From positions 372,001 through 436,000 of the forward strand of contig NZ_JAJQXW010000001.1 of assembly GCF_021246445.1 (NCBI RefSeq): 64,000 nucleotides of DNA. The letters run 5' to 3'. Below the pieces are notes generated by a model. That model was not told where the DNA came from. It saw nothing but the letters and a program-made list of their open reading frames with translations, and did not search any database. The position numbers and the translations under genes were made by a program. Source of the DNA: Rhabdothermincola salaria (lineage in GTDB: Bacteria > Actinomycetota > Acidimicrobiia > Acidimicrobiales > Acidimicrobilacustridaceae). Below are positions 26,256 through 35,979 of this stretch, piece after piece. Positions within the stretch are counted from its first letter, which is position 1, and each line of letters opens with the position of its first letter.

Positions 26256-27287
26256 TCAGCTGGGCGCCAGCGTGGCGTTGGCGTCGACGACAGCCGTGAG
26301 GTCGCCGATGGCGGGACCCATCGACGTGCGGGTGATGTGGCCGTTCTCGGCGGTGTCGAGGTCGGCCAGCGTGACCCGGCGCAAGGTCTGGTCGCCGTAG
26401 CTGCGGAAGTAGAAGGCCCCCGCCCCGGGGTCGTGGGCGACCGTGCCGAGGGTCCACTCGACCCGCTCCTCGCCGGCCTCGTGCACGGTGATGAAGCCGT
26501 ACGGGATGTCGAACTGGTTGAGGATGTGGAACACCTCTTGGATCCCGGCGGCCGCGGTGGCGGGCGTGCTGTGGTCGGCGCTGAACAGCGTCGCCCTCAC
26601 GAAGCGGGACGGCGAGGTGAAGTCGCCGGGCAACCCGAGCGAACCCGTGCCGGTGCCGAAGCCGGTGATGGGCGTGGCGCCGATCGAGATGGTGTCGGGC
26701 GTGTGGGGCGTGACCTGCATGTACTGCGAGAGGTTCTTGAGGTGGAAGCCCAGCTCGGGTGAGTTGGTCAGCGACCCGAACGGGTTGTCGGTGATCTGGA
26801 GGGTCTTGGCGATCGGCTCGACCGCCACCGAGGTGCCGTCGGGGTCGTACACGACGTAGTGGAACGGAGCCACCCCTCCCCATTCGGGGGCGTCGACGGC
26901 GAGGACGCGCACCTCGTGGATGCGGTCGCGCATCTCGGCGATCGACGCGCAGGTGGTGAGGACCCAGTGGACGAAGTCCTGGGGGGCCACCCCGTCGGCG
27001 CCCCCGTCGTCGGCGGCGTAGTCGGCGGTGCCGGGGAAGTAGAAGGCACCCGCCGTGAGCCCGGCGTCGTTGATGCCGTCCATGACCGCGTCGGCGCTGG
27101 CGCGCCCTACTCCCACCACCGAGTGGGCCGTGGTCCACGACGCCCCGGCACCGGCGCTGAGGCCGCTGGTGAACGTCGTCCCGGCTGGGACGTGCATGAC
27201 GTCGAGGTCGAGATCGACCGCGAACTCGACGGTGCGACCGTGGACGACCGCCCCGTCCGCGCATGCCAACCGAAGGCCCGTGCACAT
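26256..27287 (-). CDS. Linear amide C-N hydrolase (choloylglycine hydrolase / penicillin V acylase family)
   Basis: MCT N-terminal Cys nucleophile, GRTVEF, DGINDAGL, LTNSP, LPGDFTSPSRF. Confidence 0.9.
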   Translation of the reverse strand: MCTGLRLACADGAVVHGRTVEFAVDLDLDVMHVPAGTTFTSGLSAGAGASWTTAHSVVGVGRASADAVMDGINDAGLTAGAFYFPGTADYAADDGGADGVAPQDFVHWVLTTCASIAEMRDRIHEVRVLAVDAPEWGGVAPFHYVVYDPDGTSVAVEPIAKTLQITDNPFGSLTNSPELGFHLKNLSQYMQVTPHTPDTISIGATPITGFGTGTGSLGLPGDFTSPSRFVRATLFSADHSTPATAAAGIQEVFHILNQFDIPYGFITVHEAGEERVEWTLGTVAHDPGAGAFYFRSYGDQTLRRVTLADLDTAENGHITRTSMGPAIGDLTAVVDANATLAPS

Positions 27288-27530
27288 GGCTGTTCCTCTC
27301 CCGTGGACCCGTCCAGGTCCTCGACCATCGCCTTAGGATCGGCACCTCGATGCACCGGCCTTGAGACGATCGCCCCACGGTGGGCCGATCGCCGGCCTCG
27401 GAGCGACGCGCCGCTGCCGCGGCTGCCCGACACGGCGCCCCTGCCGCGCTCCTCGCGCCTCGGGCGGCGCCACGCCGGGCCACCCGGGGTGGGGACGGAC
27501 CGCACCGGACCCCTGGTAGAGTCCCTCGCC

Positions 27531-27761
27531 GTGCTGATCGCTGTCGTCGTCCTCCACGTCATCGTGTCGTTGACCCTCATCCTGCTGGTGCTGTTGCACA
27601 GCGGCAAGGGTGGCGGCCTGTCCGACATGTTCGGTGGCGGCATGGGCGCGTCGGCGGCGGGATCCACCGTGATGGAGAAGAACCTCGATCGCCTCACGGT
27701 GATCGCCTCGCTGATGTTCACCTTCACCACGGTCACCCTCGCCCTGATCATCGACACCTGA
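27531..27761 (+). CDS. secG: Preprotein translocase subunit SecG
   Basis: LLHSGKGGGLSDMFGGG...EKNLDRLT, two TM helices. Confidence 0.95.
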   Translation: MLIAVVVLHVIVSLTLILLVLLHSGKGGGLSDMFGGGMGASAAGSTVMEKNLDRLTVIASLMFTFTTVTLALIIDT

Positions 27762-27769
27762 GGCTGGCG

Positions 27770-29416
27770 GTGCCGGCCCGCAGGCCGTGGCGCCACCTCC
27801 TCGCCGCCGCGTCGGCCCTGCTGCTGGTCGTCGGCGCGTCCTGCTCCGGGGACGACGAGGCCGAGCCCGACCCCGAACCGCCGGTGGTGGCCGAACCGGT
27901 CGTGGGCGGCACGCTGCGCGTGGCCCTGCCGGCGGCCGCCCTGCCCCTCGATCCGGCGCTCGCCGCCCCCACCGATGCCGGCGCCGCCCTCGTGGCCGAG
28001 CTGCTCCACGCTCGGCTCACGTCCACCACGCCCGGTGCGGTGGAGCCCGAGCCCGCCCTCGCCGAGGCTTGGGAGGTGTCCGACGACGCCACCACGTTCA
28101 CGTTCCGGCTCCGCGCCGAGGCCCGGTTCTCCGACGGCTCACCCGTCACCGCCGCCGACGTGGTCGCCTCCCTCACCCGGGTCGCCGCCCTCGGACCGGC
28201 CTCGTTGGCCTCTGCTCGCCTCGACGCCGTCGCCGGGTACGGCGCCTTCGCCGTCGACGGCACCGCCGACGCCCTGGCCGGGCTCTCCGCCCCCGACGAC
28301 ACCACCGTGGTCGTCGAGCTCGATCGGCCCGACGTCGACCTCCCGGCGCTGCTCGCCGCGCCCGCCTTCGCCATCCGCCCGGCGGCCACCGTGGCCGCCG
28401 ACGCCCCCGCCCTCGGCCCGCCCGCGGCCGATGGGCCGGCGCCGGTCACCAGCGGCCCGTACCGATGGGAGTCCGGCGACGCCGAGGGTGCGGTGCTGGT
28501 GCGGGCCGACGGCGTCGACCCCGAGGCCGCCCGCCCCGAACGGGTGGAGCTGGCGCGCACCGAGTCCGTGGACGCCGCCGTGGAGAGGTGGGCCGGTGGC
28601 GAGGTGGACCTGGTGCCCCTCCCGGCCGCCGGGGCCGGGCAGACGGTGCCGCCCGGGGTCGGCACGGTGCAGTTCGACGCGTTGGGCGCCCTGTGGTGGT
28701 TGGGCCTGAACCTCGACGCCCCCGCGCTCGCCGACGAACGGGTCCGCCAGGCCGTCTCCCTGGCGCTCGACCGCCCCGCCCTGGTCGAGGTCCTCGAGGG
28801 CACGAGCGGCCTCGACGGGCTCGTCGCCCCCCAGGTACCCGGCGGCGACGTGGTCTGTGGCGATCCGTGCACCCGTGACGTGCCCGCCGCCGAGGTGCTG
28901 CTGGCCGAGGCGTCACCGGATGCTCCGGTTGCCCTCACCCTCGACGTCTACGACGACCCCACCGTGGTGGCGGTGGCCGAGGCCATGGCCGCCCAGCTGG
29001 CCGAGGCCGGCGTCGAGGTGGCCGTCGAGTCCCGGCCCTTCGACGCCTACCGCGACGGCGTGCTGGCCGCCGACCGGCAGCTGTTCTGGTTCGGATGGGT
29101 GGGGCTGGCCCCCACCGCCGGGGCCTACCTCGAGCCCACCTTCCGCACCGACGCCCCCGACAACGTCGTCGGCCTGCGCGACGCAGACGTCGACGCCGCC
29201 CTGGCGGCCGCCGCCGCCACCCTCGACCCCGAGGAGCGCGCCGGCCTGTGGGGCGACGCCCACGCCCTCGTCCTCGACCGCACGGTGGCCGTGCCCATCG
29301 CCCAGGCCCGCGCCGCCACCGCCGTGGCCGCCCCGGTGCAGGGCTACCGCCTCCGCCTCGACGCCACCCCCGTCCTCGCCGACCTCTGGCTGGCCCCCGA
29401 CGACCCCGAGCCCTGA
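27770..29416 (+). CDS. ABC transporter family 5 substrate-binding lipoprotein
   Basis: Lipobox-like GASC, PALAEAW, FRLRAEARFSDGSPVTAADV, SGPY, RVRQAVSLALDR. Confidence 0.85.
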   Translation: MPARRPWRHLLAAASALLLVVGASCSGDDEAEPDPEPPVVAEPVVGGTLRVALPAAALPLDPALAAPTDAGAALVAELLHARLTSTTPGAVEPEPALAEAWEVSDDATTFTFRLRAEARFSDGSPVTAADVVASLTRVAALGPASLASARLDAVAGYGAFAVDGTADALAGLSAPDDTTVVVELDRPDVDLPALLAAPAFAIRPAATVAADAPALGPPAADGPAPVTSGPYRWESGDAEGAVLVRADGVDPEAARPERVELARTESVDAAVERWAGGEVDLVPLPAAGAGQTVPPGVGTVQFDALGALWWLGLNLDAPALADERVRQAVSLALDRPALVEVLEGTSGLDGLVAPQVPGGDVVCGDPCTRDVPAAEVLLAEASPDAPVALTLDVYDDPTVVAVAEAMAAQLAEAGVEVAVESRPFDAYRDGVLAADRQLFWFGWVGLAPTAGAYLEPTFRTDAPDNVVGLRDADVDAALAAAAATLDPEERAGLWGDAHALVLDRTVAVPIAQARAATAVAAPVQGYRLRLDATPVLADLWLAPDDPEP

Positions 29417-29509
29417 CCCACCGGCCCCTCCCGGCCCGGGGCGGGCCGCCCACCCCGCCGAGGCCTTCCCCGGCCCACCAGCCCCGCCCGCCCGGTCCGC
29501 CCGCCCGGT

Positions 29510-29557
29510 TTCTTGCATCGGTTCGTCGCTCTCTGGCACGCCGAAACCATGCAAGAA
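29510..29557. repeat. 48-nt palindromic REP-like element, copy 1
   Basis: TTCTTGCATCGGTTCGTCGCTCTCTGGCACGCCGAAACCATGCAAGAA; closely similar to the reverse complement of 35980-36027. Confidence 0.85.
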
Positions 29558-29571
29558 CGGGAGGGATGTCG

Positions 29572-29619
29572 TTCCTGCATGGTGCGGGCGTTCTCTGGCA
29601 CGCCGGAACCATGCAAGAA
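29572..29619. repeat. 48-nt palindromic REP-like element, copy 2 (tandem, more degenerate)
   Basis: TTCCTGCATGGTGCGGGCGTTCTCTGGCACGCCGGAACCATGCAAGAA. Confidence 0.8.
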
Positions 29620-29695
29620 GGGCAACGGGGCGCGGGCGCCGAGGTCAGGGGCGCGGGTCAGGGGCGCGGGCGCCGAGGGCAGCGGGGGCCTGGGG

Positions 29696-30514
29696 TCAGC
29701 GGCCCCAGGCCCACCAGCGGTCGTGGCGGCGCTCCAGGCCGAGAGGCAGCCCGAAGCAGGCCGACAGGGCCTCCTCGGTGAGCACCTCGGCCAGCGGGCC
29801 GGCGGCCTGCACCCGGCCCTCGGCCAGCATCAGCACATGGGTGAAGCCGGCGGGGATCTCCTCGACGTGGTGGGTCACGAGCACCATCGCCGGGCCGTCG
29901 GGCCGTGCCGCCAACGTGGCCAGACCCCCGACGAGCGTCTCGCGCCCGGCGAGGTCGAGCCCGGCGGTCGGCTCGTCGAGCAGCAACAGGCCGGGATCGG
30001 TCATCAGCGTGCGGGCCAACAGCACCCGCTGGCGTTCGCCCGAGGACAGCGACCCGAAGCGACGGTCGGCGAAGTCGCCGACCCCCACGTCGGCCAGGCA
30101 CCGACGGGCCCGGGCCCGGTCCTCGTCGTCGTAGGTGTGCCACCACGGTTCGAGCGCCGCGTGCTTGGCCGTCATGACCACGTCGGCCGCGGTGAGGTCC
30201 GGGCGCAACAGGTCGGCCATGCCGGCGCTGGCCAGACCCACCCGGGTGCGCAGACGGCGCACGTCGGTGCGTCCCAGGCGTTGCCCGAGCACCGACACCG
30301 TGCCGGTGCTGGGGTGCAGGTACAGCGAGGCGATGCGCACCAGCGTCGACTTGCCCGACCCGTTGCGGCCCAGCACCACCCAGCGCTGGCTGGGGGCCAC
30401 CTCCCAGTCGACGTCGGCCAGCAGGGCCCGCCCCTCGCGGACCAGGCTCACCCCGTGCAGGGCCAGGGCGAGCTCGACGCCGGGGGCGTGGGGGACAGGA
30501 TCGACGGCGCTCAC
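29696..30514 (-). CDS. ABC transporter ATP-binding protein (ModF/YlmA-like)
   Basis: GRNGSGKS, LSSGERQR, LLDEP, VTHHVEEIP. Confidence 0.9.
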   Translation of the reverse strand: MSAVDPVPHAPGVELALALHGVSLVREGRALLADVDWEVAPSQRWVVLGRNGSGKSTLVRIASLYLHPSTGTVSVLGQRLGRTDVRRLRTRVGLASAGMADLLRPDLTAADVVMTAKHAALEPWWHTYDDEDRARARRCLADVGVGDFADRRFGSLSSGERQRVLLARTLMTDPGLLLLDEPTAGLDLAGRETLVGGLATLAARPDGPAMVLVTHHVEEIPAGFTHVLMLAEGRVQAAGPLAEVLTEEALSACFGLPLGLERRHDRWWAWGR

Positions 30515-30561
30515 GGATCGGTGACGCTACCGCCACGTTCGCGCTCGCAGCCCGAGTAGCG

Positions 30562-31971
30562 TTGCTCCGCCGACGAACCCGTCGGCGGCCTGCCCGTCAC
30601 ACGAAGAGACGAACCCCCATCGAGCTCGCATTCGGCCTGGTCGCCGTCATCGTCCTCATCGCCGCCAACGGCCTCTTCGTCGCCGCGGAGTTCGCCCTCG
30701 TCGCCGTCGATCGCACCAAGATCGAGCGGGAGAAGGACGCCGGCAGTCGCCGGGCCCGCATCGCCGACGGGCTGTTGCGCCACCTGTCGTTCCAGCTCTC
30801 GGGCGCCCAGTTCGGCATCACCGTCACCTCCCTGGTGCTCGGCTTCCTCGCCCAACCGGTGATCGCCGTGCTGCTCGAACCCGTGTTGCGGCCCCTCGTC
30901 GGCGAGCGGGCCGTGGCCGGCGTCGCCGTCGTCGTGGCCCTGATCCTCGCCACCATGGTCCAGATGGTGCTGGGCGAGCTGGCCCCCAAGAGCTACGCCA
31001 TCGCCCGGCCCGAGGCCACGTCACTGGCCCTGGCCCCCATCGTCCGGTTCTACGGCATCGTCGCCGGCCCGTTCATCCGCTTCCTCGACAGCGCCGCCAA
31101 CCGCACCGTGCGGGCCCTCGGGGTGGAACCCCGCGAAGAGCTGTCCAACGTGCAGTCGCTCCCCGAGCTGCAGGTCATCGTCCAGGCCTCGGCCGAGGAG
31201 GGCACGCTCGGCGGCGGCGCCAGCGACCTGCTCACCCGGTCCATCCGCTTCGGCTCCAAGACCGCCGAGCACGCCCTCGTGCCCCGAATCGCGGTGAAGG
31301 CCCTGCCCATCGCCGCCGACGTCATCGAGCTGGTGTCGCTGTCCGCCGAGTCCGGCCACAGCCGTTTCCCGGTCTACGGCGTCGACCTCGACGACATCCG
31401 GGGCGTCGTGCACGTGCGCCGGGCCCACACCGTGCCCCGCGACCAGCGATCGACCACCACCATGGGGGACCTCATGGTGCCGGTGCTGGCCGTGCCCGAG
31501 AGCCGCGACCTGCACGAGGTCCTGGTCGACCTGCGTCGGGCCCGCACCCACATGGCCGCCGTCGTCGACGAGTACGGCGGCACGGCCGGCATCATCACCC
31601 TCGAGGACGTCATCGAGGAGATCGTCGGCGAGATCGACGACGAGCACGACCCGCTGCCCAAGCTCACCCAGGCCCGGCGTCGCGGCGAGTACGTGGTGTC
31701 GGGCACCCTGCACGCCGACGAGGTCTTCGACCTGGTGGGCCTCGAGATCCCGCAAGGGGAGTACGAGACCATCGCCGGGTTCGTGCTCGACCGACTGGGC
31801 CACGTGCCCGAGGTGGGCGAGAGGGTCGCCGAGGGCGAGTGGACCATCGAGGTGGTGGCCATGGACCGTCGCCGCATCGCCGAGGTCCGCCTGGCCCCGC
31901 GACCCGACGCCGGGCCCGATGACGACCGGCCCCGCGACGGCCGGCCTCGCGACGACAGGACGGGCTCGTGA
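30562..31971 (+). CDS. Hemolysin-family CNNM/CBS/CorC transporter
   Basis: NGLFVAAEFALV, QFGITVTS, GELAPK, CBS pair (GHSRFPV, VDEYGGTAGIITLED), CorC tail. Start uncertain. Confidence 0.9.
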   Translation: MLRRRTRRRPARHTKRRTPIELAFGLVAVIVLIAANGLFVAAEFALVAVDRTKIEREKDAGSRRARIADGLLRHLSFQLSGAQFGITVTSLVLGFLAQPVIAVLLEPVLRPLVGERAVAGVAVVVALILATMVQMVLGELAPKSYAIARPEATSLALAPIVRFYGIVAGPFIRFLDSAANRTVRALGVEPREELSNVQSLPELQVIVQASAEEGTLGGGASDLLTRSIRFGSKTAEHALVPRIAVKALPIAADVIELVSLSAESGHSRFPVYGVDLDDIRGVVHVRRAHTVPRDQRSTTTMGDLMVPVLAVPESRDLHEVLVDLRRARTHMAAVVDEYGGTAGIITLEDVIEEIVGEIDDEHDPLPKLTQARRRGEYVVSGTLHADEVFDLVGLEIPQGEYETIAGFVLDRLGHVPEVGERVAEGEWTIEVVAMDRRRIAEVRLAPRPDAGPDDDRPRDGRPRDDRTGS

Positions 31972-33077
31972 ACGTCTGGGCGCTCGCCGCCGTCGTCGTG
32001 CTGCTCGTCGTGAACGGCTACTTCGTGGCGCTCGAGTTCGCGGTCGTGGGCTCGCGGCGCAGCCGCCTCGAGCCGTTGGCCGAGGCCGGTGACCGTCGCG
32101 CCCAGCACGGCCTCGAGGCCATCGCCGACCTCAGCACCCGTCTGGCCGGCGCCCAGCTGGGCATCACCGTCGCCTCCCTGCTGCTGGGCATGGTCGGCGA
32201 GCCGGCGGTGGCCGCCGGCTTCGAGATGCTCTTCGAGAACGTCGACGCCATCCCTGAGGGGGCCGTCCACGCCATCTCCTTCGCCGTGGCGTTGGCCATC
32301 GTGGTCTTCCTGCACATGGTGATCGGCGAGATGGTGCCCAAGAACCTGGCCCTGGCCGACCCCGAACGGGCCCTGAAGGCGCTGGCGGGCATCGACCGGG
32401 CGTTCCTCAAGCTGGCCCGCCCGGTGGTGCGGCTGCTCAACGCCTTCGGCAACGTGGTCGTGCGCCTCACCGGGGTCGAGCCCCGCGACGAGATCGCCAG
32501 CGCCCGCACCGCCGAGGAGCTGGCCGCCGTCGTGGCCACCTCACGCGAGGGCGGGGCGATCGAGGACTTCGCCGCCGACCTGCTCACCGGGGTCCTCGAC
32601 TTCTCGGGGCGCACCGTCGACTCGGTCATGGTGCACCGCGACCAGGTCTGCGCTCTCCCTCGCGACACCACCGTCGCCGAGGCCGAGGCCATGGTCGTCG
32701 AGCGGGCCCACACCCGCCTGCCGCTCACCGGTCCGGGCGGCCTCGACGACGTCATGGGCTTCGTGCACGCCAAGGACCTGCTCACCCTGGCCGCCCCGGC
32801 CGCCGATCGCCCCATCCCTCTGCGGCTGGTGCGGCGCATGCTGGTCGTCCCCGTGGACCGTTCCCTCGAGGACGTGATGCTGGTGATGCGCCGCTCGCGG
32901 GTCCACTTCGCCCTGGTGCAGCACTTCGACGGCACCACGGCGGGCATCGTGACCCTCGACGACCTGCTCGAGGAGCTGGTCGGCGACCTCGTCGACGGGC
33001 GCCACGAGCGCGACGCGGACACGGGCGAGGCCACCGGCGACGACCGGACCGGCGGCCACGAGGAGCCCTGGGTCTGA
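31968..33077 (+). CDS. Hemolysin-family CNNM/CBS protein (second, without CorC domain)
   Basis: NGYFVALEFAV, QLGITVAS, GEMVPKN, CBS pair; GTGA overlap. Confidence 0.9.
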   Translation: MNVWALAAVVVLLVVNGYFVALEFAVVGSRRSRLEPLAEAGDRRAQHGLEAIADLSTRLAGAQLGITVASLLLGMVGEPAVAAGFEMLFENVDAIPEGAVHAISFAVALAIVVFLHMVIGEMVPKNLALADPERALKALAGIDRAFLKLARPVVRLLNAFGNVVVRLTGVEPRDEIASARTAEELAAVVATSREGGAIEDFAADLLTGVLDFSGRTVDSVMVHRDQVCALPRDTTVAEAEAMVVERAHTRLPLTGPGGLDDVMGFVHAKDLLTLAAPAADRPIPLRLVRRMLVVPVDRSLEDVMLVMRRSRVHFALVQHFDGTTAGIVTLDDLLEELVGDLVDGRHERDADTGEATGDDRTGGHEEPWV

Positions 33078-33191
33078 CCCACCGGGCACCGAGGTCGGCA
33101 CCGCTCGGGCCGGCAGCGGGGGCATCGAGGTGGCCGAGGGGTGGCCGAACGGGGCGTAACGTCGGCGGTCGGATCCGGATCGGAGAGGTTC

Positions 33192-33959
33192 ATGGGACTG
33201 CTCGAAGGCAAGAAGTTGCTCGTCACCGGAGTGCTCAGCGACTCCTCCCTCGCGTTCGGGGTGGCCGCCCTGGCCCAACAGGAGGGCGCCGAGATCGTGC
33301 TCACCGGGGTGGGCAACGCCATGAAGAACACCCGTCGGGCGGCGGCCAAGCTCCCGGTCGAGCCGCCCGTGCTCGAGATGGACGTGTCCGACCCGGCCCA
33401 GCTCGCCGCGGTGCGTGACGACCTGGCCGAGCGTTGGGGCCGGGTCGACGGCGCCCTGCACGCCATCGGCTTCGCCCCTCCCGTGTGTCTGGGCGGCACG
33501 TTCATGGACGCCCAGTGGGACGACGTCGCCGTGGCCCTCAACGTGTCGGCCTACTCGTTCAAGGCCCTCGCCGACGTCGTCTCGCCGCTGATGACCGAGG
33601 GCGGCTCGCTCGTGGGCCTCGACTTCGACGCCACCGTCGCCTGGCCCGCCTACGACTGGATGGGCGTGGCCAAGGCCTCGCTCGAATCCACGTCGCGCTA
33701 CCTCGCCCGCTACCTGGGCGAGCACCAGATCAGGGTCAACCTCGTCGCCGCCGGGCCCATCAAGACCATCGCCGCCCGATCCATCCCCGGGTTCTCGCAG
33801 TTCGAGGACGTGTGGGACGAACGGGCCCCGCTCGGCTGGGACGTCCGCGACTCGTCCGCCGTGGCCAAGGCCTGCGTCGTGCTGCTCTCGGACTGGTTCC
33901 CCCTGACCACCGGCGAGATCGTCCACGTCGACGGCGGCTACCACTCCACCGGCGCCTGA
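33192..33959 (+). CDS. fabI: Enoyl-ACP reductase (InhA/FabI type)
   Basis: LLEGKKLLVTG, HAIGFAP, YDWMGVAK, AAGPIKT. Confidence 0.93.
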   Translation: MGLLEGKKLLVTGVLSDSSLAFGVAALAQQEGAEIVLTGVGNAMKNTRRAAAKLPVEPPVLEMDVSDPAQLAAVRDDLAERWGRVDGALHAIGFAPPVCLGGTFMDAQWDDVAVALNVSAYSFKALADVVSPLMTEGGSLVGLDFDATVAWPAYDWMGVAKASLESTSRYLARYLGEHQIRVNLVAAGPIKTIAARSIPGFSQFEDVWDERAPLGWDVRDSSAVAKACVVLLSDWFPLTTGEIVHVDGGYHSTGA

Positions 33960-34015
33960 GCCCCGGCGTCTGCTTGTTCGCAGACAGGTGATGCCACTCA
34001 ACTAGGTTCACTGGG

Positions 34016-34675
34016 ATGCAGATCGGCATTCTCGGAGGAACCGGCCCGGCCGGTAGTGGCCTGGCGACCCGGCTGGCATCGGTCGGCCACGACGTCGTGG
34101 TCGGATCGCGATCGGCGGAGCGCGCCGGCGAAGTCGTCGACGGGCTCCACGCCCGGTGGGAGGGGCGCGACCTGTCCATCGCCGCGGCCGACAACGCGGG
34201 GGCGGCCGAGGCCGAGCTCATCGTGGTGGCCACCCCTTGGGACGCGGCCTGGACCACGGCGAAGTCCGTGCGCGGCCAGCTCGCCGGCAAGATCGTGCTG
34301 TCCATGGCCAACGCCCTGGTGCGCGTCGGCCACGAGTTCCAGCCCCTCGTGCCGCCCCGCGGGTCGGTGGCGGCCAGCGTGCAGGCCGCGGTGCCGGACT
34401 CCGAGGTCGTGGCCGCCCTGCACCACGTGCCGGCCAAGGAGCTCGGCGACCTCGATCACCCCGTCGAGAGCGACGTGCTGATCTGCTCGGACCACCCCGA
34501 GGCCAAGGCCCGGTGCATGGAGCTGCTGGCCGAGATGCACGACCTGCGTCCCCTCGACGCCGGCGACCTCACCCAGGCCGCCCCCATCGAGGCCTTCACC
34601 GCCGTGCTGTTGCAGCTGAACGTCCGCTACAAGACGCGCGTGGCGGTGAAGTTCACCGGTCTCGACGACATCTGA
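34016..34675 (+). CDS. npdG: NADPH-dependent F420 reductase
   Basis: ILGGTGPAG, GSRSAERA, VATPW, DVLICSD, LDAG, LNVRYK. Confidence 0.88.
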   Translation: MQIGILGGTGPAGSGLATRLASVGHDVVVGSRSAERAGEVVDGLHARWEGRDLSIAAADNAGAAEAELIVVATPWDAAWTTAKSVRGQLAGKIVLSMANALVRVGHEFQPLVPPRGSVAASVQAAVPDSEVVAALHHVPAKELGDLDHPVESDVLICSDHPEAKARCMELLAEMHDLRPLDAGDLTQAAPIEAFTAVLLQLNVRYKTRVAVKFTGLDDI

Positions 34676-34781
34676 CCCTCCGCCGGAGCGGCCGCGGAAC
34701 GGTTGCGGGACTGCCCGGGCCCCGTCGGGGGTTGTGGTGGGGACACGGCGGTAACGTGCACGCCGAGCCGGAAGGACCTGC

Positions 34782-35963
34782 ATGACCGACAGCCCTCTCG
34801 ACAACGACGCGCCCATGCGCCTCTACGACACGGCCCGGCGCGCGGTCGTCGACTTCGAACCCGGGCCCGTCGTCACCATGTACACCTGCGGCATCACGCC
34901 CTACGACGCCACCCACCTGGGTCATGCCGCCACCTACGTCACCTACGACGTCCTCCAGCGGCGTCTGCGCGACCGGGGCCACGAGACGCGCTGCGTGCGC
35001 AACATCACCGACGTCGACGATGACATCCTGCGCAAGGCCAAGGAGCTCGGGGTGCACTACCTCGACCTCGCCGCCGCCGAGACGGCCCGCTTCGACAACG
35101 ACATGGTGGCGCTCAACGTCATCGAGAGCTGGAGCGAACCGCGGGCCACGTCGGCCATCCCCGACATCCGGGGCTTCATCGGCATGGTCCTCGACCGCGG
35201 CCACGCCTACGAGAGCGGCGGAGCCGTCTACTTCTCGGTGGGGTCCTTCGAGAAGTTCGGTGAGGTCTCGCACTACTCCCGCGACGAGATGCTCGACCTG
35301 GCCCGCCAGCACGGCGGCAACCCCGACGACCCCAACAAGCGCGACCCGCTCGACTTCGTGCTGTGGCAGCCGTCGGCCGAGGGCGAACCGGCGTGGGAGT
35401 CGCTCTGGGGTGCGGGACGTCCCGGTTGGCACATCGAGTGCTCGGCCCTGGCGCTGCGTGAGCTCGACACCACCATCGACCTGCACGGCGGCGGGTCCGA
35501 CCTGGTTTTCCCCCACCACGAGTGCGAGGCGGCCCAGAGCGAGGCCGCCACCGGTCAGCCCTTCGTGCGCCACTGGATGCACCAGGCCATGGTCCGGATG
35601 GACGGCGAGAAGATGTCGAAGTCGCTCGGGAACCTGGTCTTCATCTCCGAGCTGTTGAAGACCCACGACCCGAGGGCCATCCGCCTGGCCATCGTCGCCC
35701 GCCACTACCGCGACTCGTGGGAGTGGGACGACACCGTGATGCCCGCCGCCGACGAGCGCTTCGAGCGCTGGCTGGCCGCCACCGAGGCGGTCGGTGCGGC
35801 CGACTCGGACGCCGCGCTCGCCGCGGTGCGCCAGCGCCTCGACGACGATCTCGACACCCCCGGCGCGGTGGCGGCCATCGACGCCGCCGTCGAGCGCGGC
35901 GAGGGCGTGGCCCGTGCCGCCGCCCTTCTCGGCGTCTTCCTCGTCGGCGACCCCGTCACCTGA
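34782..35963 (+). CDS. mshC: MshC-like cysteine ligase (CysRS paralog without anticodon-binding domain)
   Basis: CGITPYDATHLGH, GRPGWHIECS, GGSDLVFPHH, KMSKSLGN; only 393 aa. Confidence 0.7.
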   Translation: MTDSPLDNDAPMRLYDTARRAVVDFEPGPVVTMYTCGITPYDATHLGHAATYVTYDVLQRRLRDRGHETRCVRNITDVDDDILRKAKELGVHYLDLAAAETARFDNDMVALNVIESWSEPRATSAIPDIRGFIGMVLDRGHAYESGGAVYFSVGSFEKFGEVSHYSRDEMLDLARQHGGNPDDPNKRDPLDFVLWQPSAEGEPAWESLWGAGRPGWHIECSALALRELDTTIDLHGGGSDLVFPHHECEAAQSEAATGQPFVRHWMHQAMVRMDGEKMSKSLGNLVFISELLKTHDPRAIRLAIVARHYRDSWEWDDTVMPAADERFERWLAATEAVGAADSDAALAAVRQRLDDDLDTPGAVAAIDAAVERGEGVARAAALLGVFLVGDPVT

Positions 35964-35979
35964 CCAACCCCCTCTGGTG

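Noticed and set aside
29510..29619. Possible mini CRISPR array
   Set aside because: Only two degenerate 48-nt units with a 14-nt gap, a dispersed third copy, and no cas genes.
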